Source of the DNA: Phyllosticta citribraziliensis
Taxonomy: Eukaryota
Assembly: GCF_038025025.1 (NCBI RefSeq)
Contig: NW_027117345.1
Coordinates: 1,364,001 to 1,428,000 of the forward strand
Reading direction: 5' to 3'
Length of the DNA: 64,000 nucleotides
Shown one piece after another: positions 48,778-61,439 of the stretch. Within the stretch, counting starts at the first letter, position 1. Each line of letters starts with the position of its first letter. A program made the position numbers and the translations under genes. The notes below the pieces were generated by a model. It was not told where the DNA came from, did not search any database, and saw only the letters and a program-made list of their open reading frames with translations.

Positions 48778-50839
48778 GGTGCGGCAAGAGAGGCGATGGA
48801 AAATAGAAACTTTTGGGTATCTCAAAGGAAACTGGCGAGCTGGAGAAGGACGGGGCAAGAAGAGGAGAGAAAGATATATAGCAAAAAGATAACGGCGGTG
48901 TCCAAGCTGTTGGCCGCTGACAAAATACTAGCCAGCCTACCCATGACGTTGGAAAAGACCCTGCACGGTCGAGGCACTAGATCCGAGAGATACGGATAGG
49001 AGGCGCATCAACCGTAGCCAAACGGCATAAGCATGCTGCATGGCCGTGGCTGCGCCAGAGCTCACAGCCAACAGCGGGCAACAATTTTTCTCTGCAAAGA
49101 TTTCGGGGCAGAAGACTAAAAGCGGGAAAAGAGCTCTGACAGAAAATTTGGAGCGCGACTGGAGTCGGTCCTGCTCGGGTCGTTGGGCGGTTTCAGCGGC
49201 CGGTGTTGAGGAAAAAAGACACCGGGTCTGTGGAGCCTCGACTCTGGAGGCTCGAGTTGCGTGCTTGTGGATGCCGCAGCGTCGACCGGCAGCGGCCTTG
49301 AGACTGCCGAAACGTCGGCATGGCGGCGCTGCTTTGGTGGGAGCTCGGGGCGCTCGGATTTGGGCGCCACCCCCAGTGAAGAGGCGACTTTCCTGTAGCT
49401 GTATTCGTAGCAGAATTGCTGGCTGCCAGCAACGTTCTCCTCACCGGTACATTGTAGTTTTCAGCCAGTTCAAGTCGCATGGTGATCTTGATCTCAGCGC
49501 GGCCCGCTGCCCGCTGCCAGCAAGAGACCAGACCTGTCGTGGCGCTGTGCTCTTGCTGACTGCAGTGGACGTTGGCCAATCACGGGCGCGGCAAAGAAGC
49601 ATCTGGTCGAAGAGAACATTTACAATCAACGCCCCGCGGCGCCCAAGCAGGAAGTTGGTTGTTCAGTAATCCGCACCGCCACCATCTCCCTCGATGGTCG
49701 GTCGAAGCTCGTGGGTTTGTGCTTCGTTAGCAGGTTGCCGTTTTTCCATGGTTGGAACATTGATGTGCAACTGTGACGAAGGCGGCGGACGAGAGGACTC
49801 TGGCTATGGCCGTGAATCGAACATGATGGACGCCCACTCGAAGGAAAGCTGGTCTTGGTCGTCCAGTCGCTGGAACAGAGGAAGCAAAGCGTCAAGCGCA
49901 GTGGCTGTTGCTGTTGGCGGGTCGTGGCGGCCTTGGCCCGATCGACGTCAGTTGTGCTAAATTTTCTCTCTTCAGCCTCGGCGCCTCCCGCGTCGCGGTG
50001 ATTTTCTTCCTACCCGCTGCTCGCTTGAAGGAATCTTGACTCGAAAAGAGACCATCTTCCACTTCTATTCCGAGGCCCGGAATCCGCTGCGCGTCAGTGG
50101 CTTGTTGGCCTGGGCTCTTCGGTCGGCCTTGATGCTGCAGAGTTTGATCAGCGGCTTTTTCCTTGGATGCCCAGCTGACAAGCAGCGCAATCCTTCCTTC
50201 GGTTCCTTCTCGTGCTTTCGCCCCCCCTGCCCTGGCCCAACGCCACGGAACCGGAGAAACTCTCAACGGCTGGCGGCATGGATCGCTCCTCATTCCTGGT
50301 TACATGTCACGGCGTGCAAGCAGCTGCAAGGAATGCTCAAAATGTTTGTCAAGAACCACGACGTATTGGTTCTGTTGGTTGATTGTTTGTCGCTACGTGG
50401 TAATAGGACAGAAGTAGGAAAGATGCCAGAGATTCACTGGCGCCCTCACCGGGGGTATCTGGGTATAATCCGCCGCTGGTTGTAATATCAAAGAAAATCG
50501 TCATGTAGAGAGCCCTCTCCACGAGGAGCCAAACAGCTCCTCGCCGGTTGTAAAATCAGTCAACTTTTGTTTGTTCCTTCGCTCCCATCCATCCATGCCC
50601 GTATGTTGAAATGCATTTTCAAAGGAAATGGCGCAGCCCTCCTAGGTCGGGAGAAGGGACATGCAATAAACAGTGTAAGTAAGAGTAAAGCAAAGATTTG
50701 GACCAACGCCCCATGCTTGAAGAAGCGGGAGTCAGAACCAGCCCGCCGCCGCAGTTGGCCGAAGCGACGAGTCAACCGTCGCGACGAAAAGAATCGAATC
50801 GGTAAAGCCGGAAGAGAGGAGATGGACGGCAGCATCAGT

Positions 50840-51349
50840 CTAGTTTCGCGCAGACATGGTGCGGTTGAGCTGCGTGAGCCAGTTGCGGGCCGTCTCGTAG
50901 CTGCGACGGCCACGCTGTGACGATGAGCTGTCAGCGCTGTCGCTGCTCATGGTTGAGCTGGCTGACGTCTTGCGGTGCGTCGAGGGCTTCTTGTCGTCGA
51001 TGATGTTGCCGCTGCCGCCGCGGCCAGTCGAGTAGATGGGGGCGGCATTGGCCTGAAGACGCTGCTCCTGGCGCAGCTCCTCGTCGAAGCTGAAGATGGT
51101 TCGCTCGCGGTGCACGTTGCCGGCGCCGCCACGGCCTGTCAGGAAGTGGCCGCTCGAAGGGGGCTTCGGCAGCTTGAGGTTGACGCGCGATGGCGGGCCA
51201 GTGGCAGTGGGGCCGGGAGTGACTTCCTTGGAGGAGATGCGGGTTGCATTGCCAGCACCGCCACGGCCCGTGTGGATGTAGGTCGTGTTGGAGGGCACCG
51301 AGGGGTGTGGCTCGGTGATGGAAAAGGTGCGGTACATTGAGTTGGTCAT
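50840..51349 (-). CDS. DUF3602-family (Par32-like) low-complexity protein
   Basis: Three TGRGG(A/S)GN motifs, FSFDEEL and a Ser-rich tail; upstream TATAAAA on the minus strand near 51608. Confidence 0.85.
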   Translation of the reverse strand: MTNSMYRTFSITEPHPSVPSNTTYIHTGRGGAGNATRISSKEVTPGPTATGPPSRVNLKLPKPPSSGHFLTGRGGAGNVHRERTIFSFDEELRQEQRLQANAAPIYSTGRGGSGNIIDDKKPSTHRKTSASSTMSSDSADSSSSQRGRRSYETARNWLTQLNRTMSARN

Positions 51350-52467
51350 GGTGTTTGATAGGTACGGTGAGGTTTGGAGGCAGAGCGATAGCGGCGGTGT
51401 GTTCCGATTGTTCCCGCAAGCGTCGCGGTTTCGTCCGAATCAGGTAAGAGGATTTTCTCGAGCACCAATGCGGAGTGATAAGGGTGCCTGCAGGTCCCGA
51501 AGAGGAATATACAAGTCTGAAATGGTCGCAGAATCGTCTGGCAATGATTTCGAAGTGATTTGGAAGCTATCGTGAAGTCGTTGGAGGCAGCGGCAGCAGA
51601 GTTTTATAGCTGGGGCCCCTAAAAGCCCCCCGAAAATTTGCATCGATTTCGCCGTCGGGTCACGATGACGCTTTGCAGCTTGGGGATTGCGCTTTGCAGC
51701 TTGGGGTAGGGCTGGTAGTCAGGCTCGGCGCCTGGAACACGTCAACCAAGGATTGCTGGTCCCGTGCTGGCCCAGCCCGTTTCTGTTACCTAAGCCCTCG
51801 AAACTATGGGGTAATGCCAAAATAACGTGAATCATCCTCATCACCCGCCGACAACGCGTGCCCTCGACCACCGCTGTGACGGGTCAACCGCGAGTCGCTC
51901 GCCATGCGAGAATGCGAGATCCCTCTGCCCGTCCCAGAAGCCTCCAGATCAAACTACTGCCCTCCCTTCAAGCTTCCCGTCGAGCCTCATCCGTCACCAC
52001 TGCTCCTCCTCTCCTTGGTCGCCCTGCCACTCGTCATCATCCTTCCTGGTCCTCGGCCTCTCCCTAGCGCCCTTCCCCAGATTTTCCTCGTCTCCCTTAC
52101 TCTACCCCAGCCGGTGCCAGCGCTCCGACAGGCACACCGGTTCCTGTCCCTGGCCACACGGCGGTGCCTGCCTGCATCGACTGCATCATATAACCTCGCA
52201 ATTGCGTAAAGCCCCCGCCCAGTGCTCACGACATGGCCCAAAACCAAAACAAACGCCAGGGTATTGTGTTGCAACTCCCGCCACAACGCCGTCCAGAGGG
52301 ATTCGCCATTTGCTAAGAGAAACCCCCTCGTCATGCGCAAAATGCGGGGGAAAACTAGCCCCCGGAGCCAAGGGATGCTCGGGCGAACCATGTGCGTAAC
52401 CGACATGACCGGCCCTCTCCCCTCCCCAAGAGCCATGACACACCCACGTAATCCCACCATGGCCCTC

Positions 52468-53789
52468 TCACGACGCAAACTTGGAGTGGATAATGTCCGG
52501 ATTCTCCTGCCACTCGTCCTTTTCCACCCACATCTGTGTCCCGCGTTAGCTCGCTCTCAGTCTGTCCAGACGCTTTGCTCACCTTCTTGAACGTGCTCAA
52601 GCCAGCCAAGATGCTTCCACCCGTCCACGTGGTGTATATTCTCTCAGGAGGCGCCGATATTCTGATCTTCATGTCGCGAACTGCCAGCCTCTGAATCTCG
52701 TGCAGCAACCTGTCGCCAAACCCCTTGGTGAGCGTGCACCCTCCTGACAGCACAATGCTCGAGTATAGGTCCTTGCGGAGGTCCAAGTCCGTCCTATTTA
52801 TAGCCGTCACCACCATCTGGTGCACCCCTGGCCATTCTGAGCCGATGAGCTCGGGATTGAACAGAATCTCGGGGGCGCGGAACCTCTCCGCACCGACCTG
52901 CAACCAATCTTTGTCAAACCATTACTGCGTGACTTTTGGGGCGGTCCGGGCACTTACCTTGAGTCTTTGCCCGTCTGGCAGTCTGTACTCAATGCTCTTC
53001 TCGTTTGCTCTCGCCGTGCTACCCGTCCACTCCTTTTCTTCCTTGATTGGGTCAAGGCAGACGTACGAGTGCTGCTGCTTTATATCCTTGACGATTTCCT
53101 TTTCCGCGCTCGTGTGGAACACGTAGCCGCTCTTTCTCAGCAGGGTCTGAAGGTAGTCTGTCACATCTCGGCCAGCAATGTCTATTCTCTGAATTGCATT
53201 CGCAATCTGAAATCCCTGAAACACGGGCACTGCATGCGATACACCGTCGCCAGCGTCCAGTACCACTCCCGTTGTTCGGCCTGAGGCATACAGTGACAGG
53301 ACGGCTTGTATCGATGTGTACAGAGCGGGTACATTGAATGTTTCGAAGAGGATTTGGGCCGCCGTGTCACGGTTGGTGCGTGGATTGAGGGGAGCCTCTG
53401 TCAAGAGCACCGGATGCTAGAAGAGTGGGATGCGTAAGCGGGGAAAAAAGTCTCCAGGGCTGCCATAAGACGACACTTACATCCTCGCTCACAGTCTTCA
53501 GCTCTTCCGTGTACAGGTACTGCCATATCCTCTCCATGTCATCCCAATCCGTAACGACGCCGTGTTCCAGCGGGTAGTTGATCTTGAGCAGGCCCTTGAG
53601 GCCGTCTGCCTTTTTGCCGATAAAGAAGTCGCCCTCTAGAGCTCCCGCTAGCGCTCTGACGTGTTTTGGTCGGCCGACCCACGAATTGAAGTAGCATTTG
53701 GGGACGTCTTGACCGGCGAACCCCGCTCGAATCGTTCCGCTGCCATTGTCAATCACAATGGGGGCATTGAGCAGCCTTGAGCTGGCCAT
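52468..53789 (-). CDS. ARP1: Actin-related protein 1 (centractin, dynactin subunit), 4 exons
   Basis: [52 protein letters not shown] and [13 protein letters not shown]-terminus [12 protein letters not shown]. Confidence 0.92.
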
Positions 53790-54466
53790 GGTGGGCGTGG
53801 GCGTTGAGTTGTGTTGTCGCGGCGTGCGGGATGGCGGTGAGCAGCAAAGGCAGCAGCTCGACGCGACGAGCTTCGAGGTGGTCCGTGTGCAGGTTCAGCC
53901 GGGGAAGGCTGGGGTGGAAGAGGCGCTGAGCGTGGGCGTCGATGTCTGTGGTGTTGTCGCGTTTGAACTGAGGTTGACGCGCTTGTCGTACCGTGCAAGG
54001 ATGCTCCACGTCGACTGGCGAATGGCGCCAAGCCCAGCTCTCGAAAATGGTCGCTACCGTGCCCACCATGAACTCCCCAATATAAGAAATTCCAGATTAT
54101 TTGCAGATTCACCTTGTGCCACTGTTTTACGCTGAAAAGGTCTGCCGCGCCATCAAATTTCAGCTTTTGAAACACGGTCCCTTTGGACATGCCAGAATCT
54201 CACGTCGACGCTTCACTGTGCGTGCTACCAATTCGCCTCCGCCGTGGCATTCCTCAACTTTCAATTACCAGAAGAGAGACTCTACAGAGCAGCTCAACTC
54301 GGTCGTCTCATAATAAACAGCAAAATTCGCTGGAAGTCGTGCCAAACAAAAAGCATGTACCCGGGAGTCCTGGCAACTACATCCAGCGATTCGATTGAGC
54401 GGACCCCAAGGTCTCCGGGGATGATGACAGCATCAGAACCGTAGCCATGATTGAGCAGCTCCAGTA

Positions 54467-55310
54467 CTACCGTCGTACGCAAAGGTCGCTGCGTATGACC
54501 CACTTCTCGCCTGCCAGGACTTCCCGACCTTCATGCAGCATGCACTCTGCGCCGTGTCGATGCAGCAGAGCAAGTCCAACTTCCAAACCAACTGCCAGAG
54601 GCTCTGGCGGCGGATCTTTTCTGGAGCTCTTCTTGGGATGTTCTGGGTAAAAGACTGTCTCTCCACCAATGCATCCCGTTGCCGGAGATGTCAGGTAGAG
54701 GAGCAAGGTCCACGTCGTCCGCGCTTGAATGGCTGGATTTCCAGGAATCACCACATTGTTGAAATCGTCGTCTGCTTTCCGTAAGACGGGTTTTCGCCCA
54801 AAACAACCTCAATCAACACTCACAATGCTGGTCAAAATATTGACCCTGGCTATATCGGTATATCCGTATGTTGGGATTCAGCCCGACGACATGTCCTCCC
54901 CAAAGATCTATGCGCTCCTCGGGCGACAGGTTTATTCCATCTTCCGTCTCTACGGTACCCAAAACAAGGTCCTTCAGGCACGTCTCTTCCCAGAGCCGCT
55001 TCGCAAACACGGGATCCTGAAGCTGAAACCGATCATTTACCCGCACAGCATCTCCCTTCTTGGGCTTGCCCGGTGTCGTGGCCAGTGGAAGAGACGACAG
55101 AAAGGAGACGTAGGTCTTGCACAGAGACGAAGGCCAAAAGTTTGGAATTGTCACAATTTGTCCTGGCAATACCTCTTCGAGACTCAAATCAGACGAGGGG
55201 ATCAGAGGCCTGAATGGCGGCCAGTTCGGAGGTTTCTGCTCGGTCGATGACGTCGGCGCGGCTTTCGATGCCGCCGGCGCAGGATCTTTCTTCTTTCCTT
55301 TGAGTGGCAT
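54467..55310 (-). CDS. 2OG-Fe(II) oxygenase (prolyl 4-hydroxylase-like); intron 54823-54772
   Basis: GLNPNIRIYRY..GQYFDQH|YD (HxD), TLLLYL, GGETVF, LHEG and KWVIRSD. Confidence 0.9.
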
Positions 55311-55629
55311 CTACGTGCCTGGGTTTGGGATTCAGGGCAAATCTCTGCCAAGGTGGAGGCCGATCGACTGTTTAGCCAACCTCGACCAAGGCCGGTGGGG
55401 TGAGGAGTTTGGAGTCGTCAGTGCGCAGCTACGGGTTCCAGCCAAACACTGGCGCGCTTCGCTGCCAGGGCGGATTTTCTTCGGCAACTTTTTGTGTGTC
55501 TAACCAACAACTGCCTGTGCTGCCCTGAGGGAGAGTGAGGTGCCCGCTCTTCACGCGCCTCCGAGAGAGGGACATCCCAAGCCGCCTCACCTTTGCGCCC
55601 TGACCGCCTCACCCGCTCTCGCAGAGTGC

Positions 55630-58600
55630 ATGTCCGCAGATCCAAGTCGCGGGCAGCACATCGCACTGCCTGCCGCGCCCAAAGACTCGCCTGCATCGTA
55701 TGCGCGACCAACGGCTACCGCGACCCAAGATGCTCATGCTGAAGCCGCCGACATGACGGAGAATGCGACAAACACGGCCGAGCGCCAGCCTGACCAGACC
55801 ATGGACCCCATGGAAGGAGTAGAGGGAGCCGCTGTCTCTCCCAAACCGCATCGGCAAGAAGAGAGCGCGCTCCCACCCAATCCGATCGAAGACGCCGTCA
55901 ACCCGGATGAGCTGCCGCCGCCCCAAGAAACTGCGCCGGCGCAAGCGCAGGAACCTGTTGGCCAACAGCAAGAGCAAGCGCCGGATGCGCCTGCGGACAT
56001 ACACACACAAACTCAAGAATCGCAGGAAAACCAAACACCCGCCCCGGACGTGCAGAACCCAGACGCATCGAACGAGCCCGCCGACGATCCTGTCCCCAAC
56101 GATCCACCTCCAGATAGCGACCAAGTCCACCCCAACGACGAGCTCTCGGCTGCCGCCCAAGATCAACTCTCCCTCGACGTCGCCAATACTGGTGATGTCA
56201 CGGCCCCGACACCGACAGCGACACTAGGTAGTGTGGTAGACACCACACGCGCACTGCTCAACGGAATGCACGCTTCTGGGGAATTTCCCTGGGGCAGTAT
56301 GGATGTCCAGCCGTCTAGTGCTCTAGGGGTGCACCCAGATGTCCTTGGCTACGGCCAAATGGGCTCCCCGGCGTCTGCTGCTCTTCAGCAACTGGAACAG
56401 GACCGACAGTGTGCTTTTGCCAAACTTGAATTCCCCGACGGAGACTTTTACGTAACAACATACGCAGTTGAGCTGGGACGAGATGCTCGTGCGTTCAAGC
56501 AAGAGATGAGAAGACGGAACCAGCAGGAGAATGAAGACGTTGGCAACAACGGAGAGCGCCCTCAGACACCCATGAGGCCTACTGCTCCCAGTGTGCCCAG
56601 CGTGTGCCGAAGCAATCTGAGCGAGTGCGGAGGAATCATGGGTGGTGACGACTACCACGTCGACGTTGCACCCAGGAAGCGCAAGAAGAAGAAAGAAAAC
56701 AAGTCGAACAGTTCCTCCTCGCGAAGACCCTCTCGCATTGGCTCCATCGTTACCGCAAACGACCCGTTTGAACCCATCAACTACAATGACCTTGCTACAG
56801 TATCCAACAACACGGGCAATCGAGACTCTCTCCTACCTGACCCGCATGAAGTACCCCTCGTCCCCATACACCCTCCCATGTCCGACGACGGACCCATCGG
56901 CCACAAGGGCATTTCCCGGAAGCACCTGAAAATCTATTACAGTTTCGACAAGGGTTGTTTTGACATGAAGGTTCTCGGCCGCAACGGCGCTTTCCTCAAC
57001 AACGATCACTTTGTCCCATCTGACGATCCGGTCTCCTTGGACGACGGTGACATTATCCAGATCGGTGCTGTTCGAATCACCTTCCGGCTACCAAATGATC
57101 CTGCAGATGAAGACGCTCAGTCTGAGACGGATAGCATTAGTGGTGGCATCAGTCTCAACTTTGAGGATGGCCGCGGCCAGAGTATTGTGCCTGAGGACGA
57201 GAGCGAGGATGACTACGGCTACACTAACCACTACAACTACAGTCCAGCCTATGGATGGGCGTCGGAGGACGACTTTTCTGGGGAGGACGATGATCTCGAA
57301 GATGACTACCAGGAGCAGCAGCCCCGCCAACCCAAGGTCAAATTGAAGCTGAAGCTCAAAGCCCCGTCAAAAGAGAGGAAGCCTGAGTCTCGACCGAAGC
57401 CCAAATCTGAAGCTGGACTCAAGAAGAAAAAGAAAGAAAAGCTCAAGGCCAAGCGGGAGGCCAAGCTCTCTGGCAAGTCAGTACCCAAGCAGCAAGTCAA
57501 GGAGAAACCCACAGAGGTCGCCCAGGAGCGGGACTTGGAGAAGCAGGAAAGAGAGAAAGAGAAGGAAGAGAAGAAGAAGGAGAAGAAGGAAAAGGAGAAA
57601 GTCGCGTCCAAGACTGCTTCCAAAACAGTCTCGAAGACAGCGTCCAAGGTCCCGTCCAAGACTCCAGCCAAGACCGTTGAAAAGCCTCCCAAGGAGAAGA
57701 AGGAGGAGGAGGCCAAATCTCAAGTCACCATTGTCAGGCCGGAAGACATTCCGAAACCAAGCACCGAGCTTCCTCCGCCTGATGAAAAGCCCGAAGGCGA
57801 CAATGAGGAGGAGAGCAAGCCCGCCGAAAAGAAGCCTGATGCCCAGCCCAACAAGGACAGCAGTGGTAGGCGTGTCTTGACTGCCGAAGAAGCTGAGCGG
57901 CTGGGCCTCGAGCCTGGCACTGTCATTGAACGGAAAAAGGGTCCTGGCCGACCTCCCAAGGATGGTATCATGTCTAAACGTGAAAAGGCCGAGATTCTCA
58001 GACGCAAGAAGGAAGCCGAAAAGGCGAGAAAACTTGGCCTTGACCCCGGTGATTTGTCCAAGGTGGATCTCTCCAGACCTCGTAAGGAGAGCAAGGAAGG
58101 CGACAGCAAGTCGGCCGAGAAGAAGATCAAGAGCGAAGGACCCGAGGGCGAGGGCACAACCACCGAAGGCGGCGATCAGAGCGCGGAGAAGAAGTCGGTC
58201 AAGATTTCGAGGCCTCTTCGTTCGCCTTCGCCAGAAATGAAAGAGTCCGACTACACGGAGGAGCAACTGCAGCGTCCGGCCGCCAATTACGTCGTTCTCA
58301 TTCACGAAGCCATCTCGAACTCAAAAGAAGGGAAGCTTAACCTGCAGCAGATTTATGCTGCGATCGAGCGCAAGTACCCGTACTACAAGTTCAAGACGAG
58401 CACGACTGGCTGGCAGAGCAGCGTTCGCCACAACTTGGGCCAACATGAGGCTTTCCGCAAGGCCGAGAAAGAAGGCAAAGGCTGGATGTGGGCAATCAAT
58501 CCCGGTGTCTCCATTGAGAAAGAGAGACGCAAGCGAGTGACGCCTCCGCCGCAGACTCAACCAAGGCCTTACTACCCAGGCACTCATCCATCCCCGTATG

Positions 58601-60321
58601 GATATCCGCAGGGTGGCATGCCTCCCTACGGACACCCGTCGGTTCCATACCCCCCGAGGCCTCCAGGTGCGCCAGGGCAGCCTCAGGCTGGAGCACAGCA
58701 GCGAACCTATCAATCGCCGTACGGCTCCCAGCCTTTGGGACAAGCAGCACAACCAAGACCTGCGCACCAGTCTCCCTATGGACCTCCAGGACCTCCGGGA
58801 CCTTCAGGACCTCCGGGACCTCCAGGACCTCCAGGACCAAGACCATCCTACCAAGGTCCTTACGGCTCGGCCTACAGTCAACCAACGGCGACCTCGCAGG
58901 GCCCTTACCCTCCTACTTCTACTGGCACGAGTCATGCGACTGCCAGCGGCGCGCACTCAACCGCCGGCTCTTCTCCATCACCTTACGCCGCAACTTCAGG
59001 TCCACCCTCATACCCGACCGGGACGACTCCCACGACGTTTCCACCCCGTCCACCATACAGTCAGCCTCCACCGGCTGGGCAGACGCACTACTCTCAAAGC
59101 GCTCCACAACAACCGGGGCAGGCAAGACCACCAATCGGAGCTCCCAGCCCACACGGCATGGAACCTTTGCCGCCTCGCAAGTCGGATTTGTACGCGGATA
59201 GCGCTCCTTATGCGACTCTCCTCAACTCGTTCCGTGACCACTATTTCCGCCATGCCCACAACAAGCTCAGCCGCTCACTCACAAAAGATGAGATTGTCAA
59301 ATTGACGGATCGTGGTCTTGAGAGAGCGCTGCACCCGGAGCGCTACCAGAACCAGAAGCCAGTAGAGCAAATGGACCAAAGGGAGAAAGACGATCTCAAG
59401 GACGAAAAGGACATTGAGAATGCAGTCAAGGAAATGATGAAAAAGTTCAAGTACGGATATGTGCTAGACCAAGCCGACAGCAAGATTGGCAAAGCTCCTC
59501 AACAGGCTCTCCCGGGACAGTCCTCTGGACATGGTCAAAACCAAGCACAGTCACATTCTGTTCCTCCGTCTCAGAGCTCTGTACCTCCAGGAACTTCTCA
59601 GTCTCCAGCGCCTGGCCAAAATCAACCTCAGACCAATGTTCCAACTCCAACTCCTCCTCCTACATTGGCCTCCAATCCTGCCCAGGCAGCGGCAGCAAAT
59701 ACTAACCTGGTGCACGCGCCTCCAAGCCATGGACAAAGCCAGAGCCCGCTCGCTCATCAACCCCATCAAACCCAACAGCCGCCTGCGACACAACACGCAA
59801 CTGCGGGTCCTCAGCACAGCTCTTCGGCTCCGACTGCAGCTATGACCACTCCAGCTCCACCAATGCCGCACAGTACAACACCATCATTGTCCAAGTCGGC
59901 AAGCCCTTCGCAAACTGGACCCGCGCCTGTAGCACCAATGCAGCCATCTCAATCTGCCGCACGTCCACCAGTGCCGTCTGCGCACGCTCCTCAAGCAGTT
60001 GAAACCAGACCCACTGCCCCGCAACCCCACGGCCCGCCTCGCAGCAATGGCACCAGCACCCCCGTGCCGCCTCCGGTCGAAGCTCTCACGCCCCTCGGTG
60101 GCAGTCCAAAAACCAACACCCCAGTCACTTCGGCTGCTCCAAGTCCGCGTCCGGCTCCAACAGCAATCAGAACCACTTGGTCCGGCAAATCGCCTTCACC
60201 AGCACCCCCGACGACGGCGGGCATCAAGAGAAGCGCTCCGGATACAGGAAGCGGAAGCGGAACCCAGACCGGAGATGGCGAAAGCGAGACGAAGAAGGTC
60301 AAGACTGAAGAGAAGGTCTAG
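55630..60321 (+). CDS. FHA + forkhead transcription factor (Fhl1-like), intronless
   Basis: FAKLEFPDGDFYV..ELGR and GISRKH...VLGRNGAF (FHA), AT-hook-like KKGPGRPPK, forkhead NYVVLIHEAI...GWQSSVRHNL...KGWMW, and a Pro/Gln-rich tail. The start ATG is uncertain (55630 or downstream). Confidence 0.9.
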   Translation: MSADPSRGQHIALPAAPKDSPASYARPTATATQDAHAEAADMTENATNTAERQPDQTMDPMEGVEGAAVSPKPHRQEESALPPNPIEDAVNPDELPPPQETAPAQAQEPVGQQQEQAPDAPADIHTQTQESQENQTPAPDVQNPDASNEPADDPVPNDPPPDSDQVHPNDELSAAAQDQLSLDVANTGDVTAPTPTATLGSVVDTTRALLNGMHASGEFPWGSMDVQPSSALGVHPDVLGYGQMGSPASAALQQLEQDRQCAFAKLEFPDGDFYVTTYAVELGRDARAFKQEMRRRNQQENEDVGNNGERPQTPMRPTAPSVPSVCRSNLSECGGIMGGDDYHVDVAPRKRKKKKENKSNSSSSRRPSRIGSIVTANDPFEPINYNDLATVSNNTGNRDSLLPDPHEVPLVPIHPPMSDDGPIGHKGISRKHLKIYYSFDKGCFDMKVLGRNGAFLNNDHFVPSDDPVSLDDGDIIQIGAVRITFRLPNDPADEDAQSETDSISGGISLNFEDGRGQSIVPEDESEDDYGYTNHYNYSPAYGWASEDDFSGEDDDLEDDYQEQQPRQPKVKLKLKLKAPSKERKPESRPKPKSEAGLKKKKKEKLKAKREAKLSGKSVPKQQVKEKPTEVAQERDLEKQEREKEKEEKKKEKKEKEKVASKTASKTVSKTASKVPSKTPAKTVEKPPKEKKEEEAKSQVTIVRPEDIPKPSTELPPPDEKPEGDNEEESKPAEKKPDAQPNKDSSGRRVLTAEEAERLGLEPGTVIERKKGPGRPPKDGIMSKREKAEILRRKKEAEKARKLGLDPGDLSKVDLSRPRKESKEGDSKSAEKKIKSEGPEGEGTTTEGGDQSAEKKSVKISRPLRSPSPEMKESDYTEEQLQRPAANYVVLIHEAISNSKEGKLNLQQIYAAIERKYPYYKFKTSTTGWQSSVRHNLGQHEAFRKAEKEGKGWMWAINPGVSIEKERRKRVTPPPQTQPRPYYPGTHPSPYGYPQGGMPPYGHPSVPYPPRPPGAPGQPQAGAQQRTYQSPYGSQPLGQAAQPRPAHQSPYGPPGPPGPSGPPGPPGPPGPRPSYQGPYGSAYSQPTATSQGPYPPTSTGTSHATASGAHSTAGSSPSPYAATSGPPSYPTGTTPTTFPPRPPYSQPPPAGQTHYSQSAPQQPGQARPPIGAPSPHGMEPLPPRKSDLYADSAPYATLLNSFRDHYFRHAHNKLSRSLTKDEIVKLTDRGLERALHPERYQNQKPVEQMDQREKDDLKDEKDIENAVKEMMKKFKYGYVLDQADSKIGKAPQQALPGQSSGHGQNQAQSHSVPPSQSSVPPGTSQSPAPGQNQPQTNVPTPTPPPTLASNPAQAAAANTNLVHAPPSHGQSQSPLAHQPHQTQQPPATQHATAGPQHSSSAPTAAMTTPAPPMPHSTTPSLSKSASPSQTGPAPVAPMQPSQSAARPPVPSAHAPQAVETRPTAPQPHGPPRSNGTSTPVPPPVEALTPLGGSPKTNTPVTSAAPSPRPAPTAIRTTWSGKSPSPAPPTTAGIKRSAPDTGSGSGTQTGDGESETKKVKTEEKV
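58780..58839 (+). repeat. Coding 9-bp tandem repeat encoding (Gly-Pro-Pro)n
   Basis: GGACCTCC(A/G) units give GPPGPPGPSGPPGPPGPPGP. Confidence 0.85.
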
Positions 60322-61439
60322 TTGAATATCTCTGGTTTCTTGACAGAGGACAAAATTATCCGTGGTTTTTCTCATGGACAGGACAGGACATTGCTTTAAG
60401 ACGGTGTTTGACGACTACCCAAAAAGCAGGCATACGGAACGAGTTGATGTTTAACGACCACCACTTGCATTACCTATCAGCAAACTGGGTTCAACCACAA
60501 CCGTGGCAGCGACAGTGTTTCGCCTAATTTCTTTACCACCTGGCGTTTTGGAGCATGTCTTTATGGGTCTGGGGCCTCTTAATCCTCACATTATCGGCAA
60601 GTCTGGCATGACTAGGAACTTTGGTTTTCTCTCCAGTTCTCGTTTCGCGCCATGGCACGGCGCATTTGAAAAGTCAAAGGTTTCTGTTTCACTCTTATTT
60701 CCCGGCATGCTATGGTACATGAACAGAGTGGGGCATCTTTCGTTGTTGTATACATGTTTCTCACGGTATTTTTTGGCTTGTGGCCCCAGCAGTCTTGTAA
60801 CGGGAGTGGGTTGAATATCTGCTTGGGCTCGGTCGAGTACATGCATAGGCTTGGGGCATTTCGATAGCGGACAGCCCTGGACCGGCGCGGTATCGGATCA
60901 GTGTCGGTCAGTCGAAATGATGGAGGGTTACTTTAGTGCGAACATGGACATGGGCATGGTTACGGTGCATGTACACATGAGCGGTACGTAGTGAGGACAA
61001 AAATTACCTTGCATATTCAACACGACGCTCGCGTGAAGGTGGCTTTGAAAGTTTCTGCTTGATTCGACTTCCTACGCGTCAAACGTGAGCCTGCCTAGTC
61101 CTCCTGCCTTGCGCCTGATGACCTGGAATAAAGAGACAGACTCTGGCTCGAATCCGTCCAGTGCGCCGCAAAGTGAAAGCCCCCATTACCTCCGCGCCGT
61201 TGGAGTTATCGTGCGTAGGTAGGCAGTCGTCTGCCAGCCCACGCAGACGTGCGCAAATACATACAAGAAAAAGAAAGCACATTCTCCAGCCGCACGACCG
61301 CCCGCTTCGTCGCGCTCTAACCATCTTCCGCCTCTGTCGTCGTGCCTCGTAGCCTTCCTCGACACGGCAACCCCTCACCTCCTTACCGTGCATCCAAACA
61401 GGTCCGTCCGGCAAGCTGGCCGCGTGCCGGCGCGCTCAT

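Noticed and set aside
58780..58839. Collagen-like triple helix in the forkhead protein
   Set aside because: Only about 6.5 Gly-X-Y triplets within a Pro-rich disordered region of a nuclear factor; better explained as a 9-bp slippage repeat.
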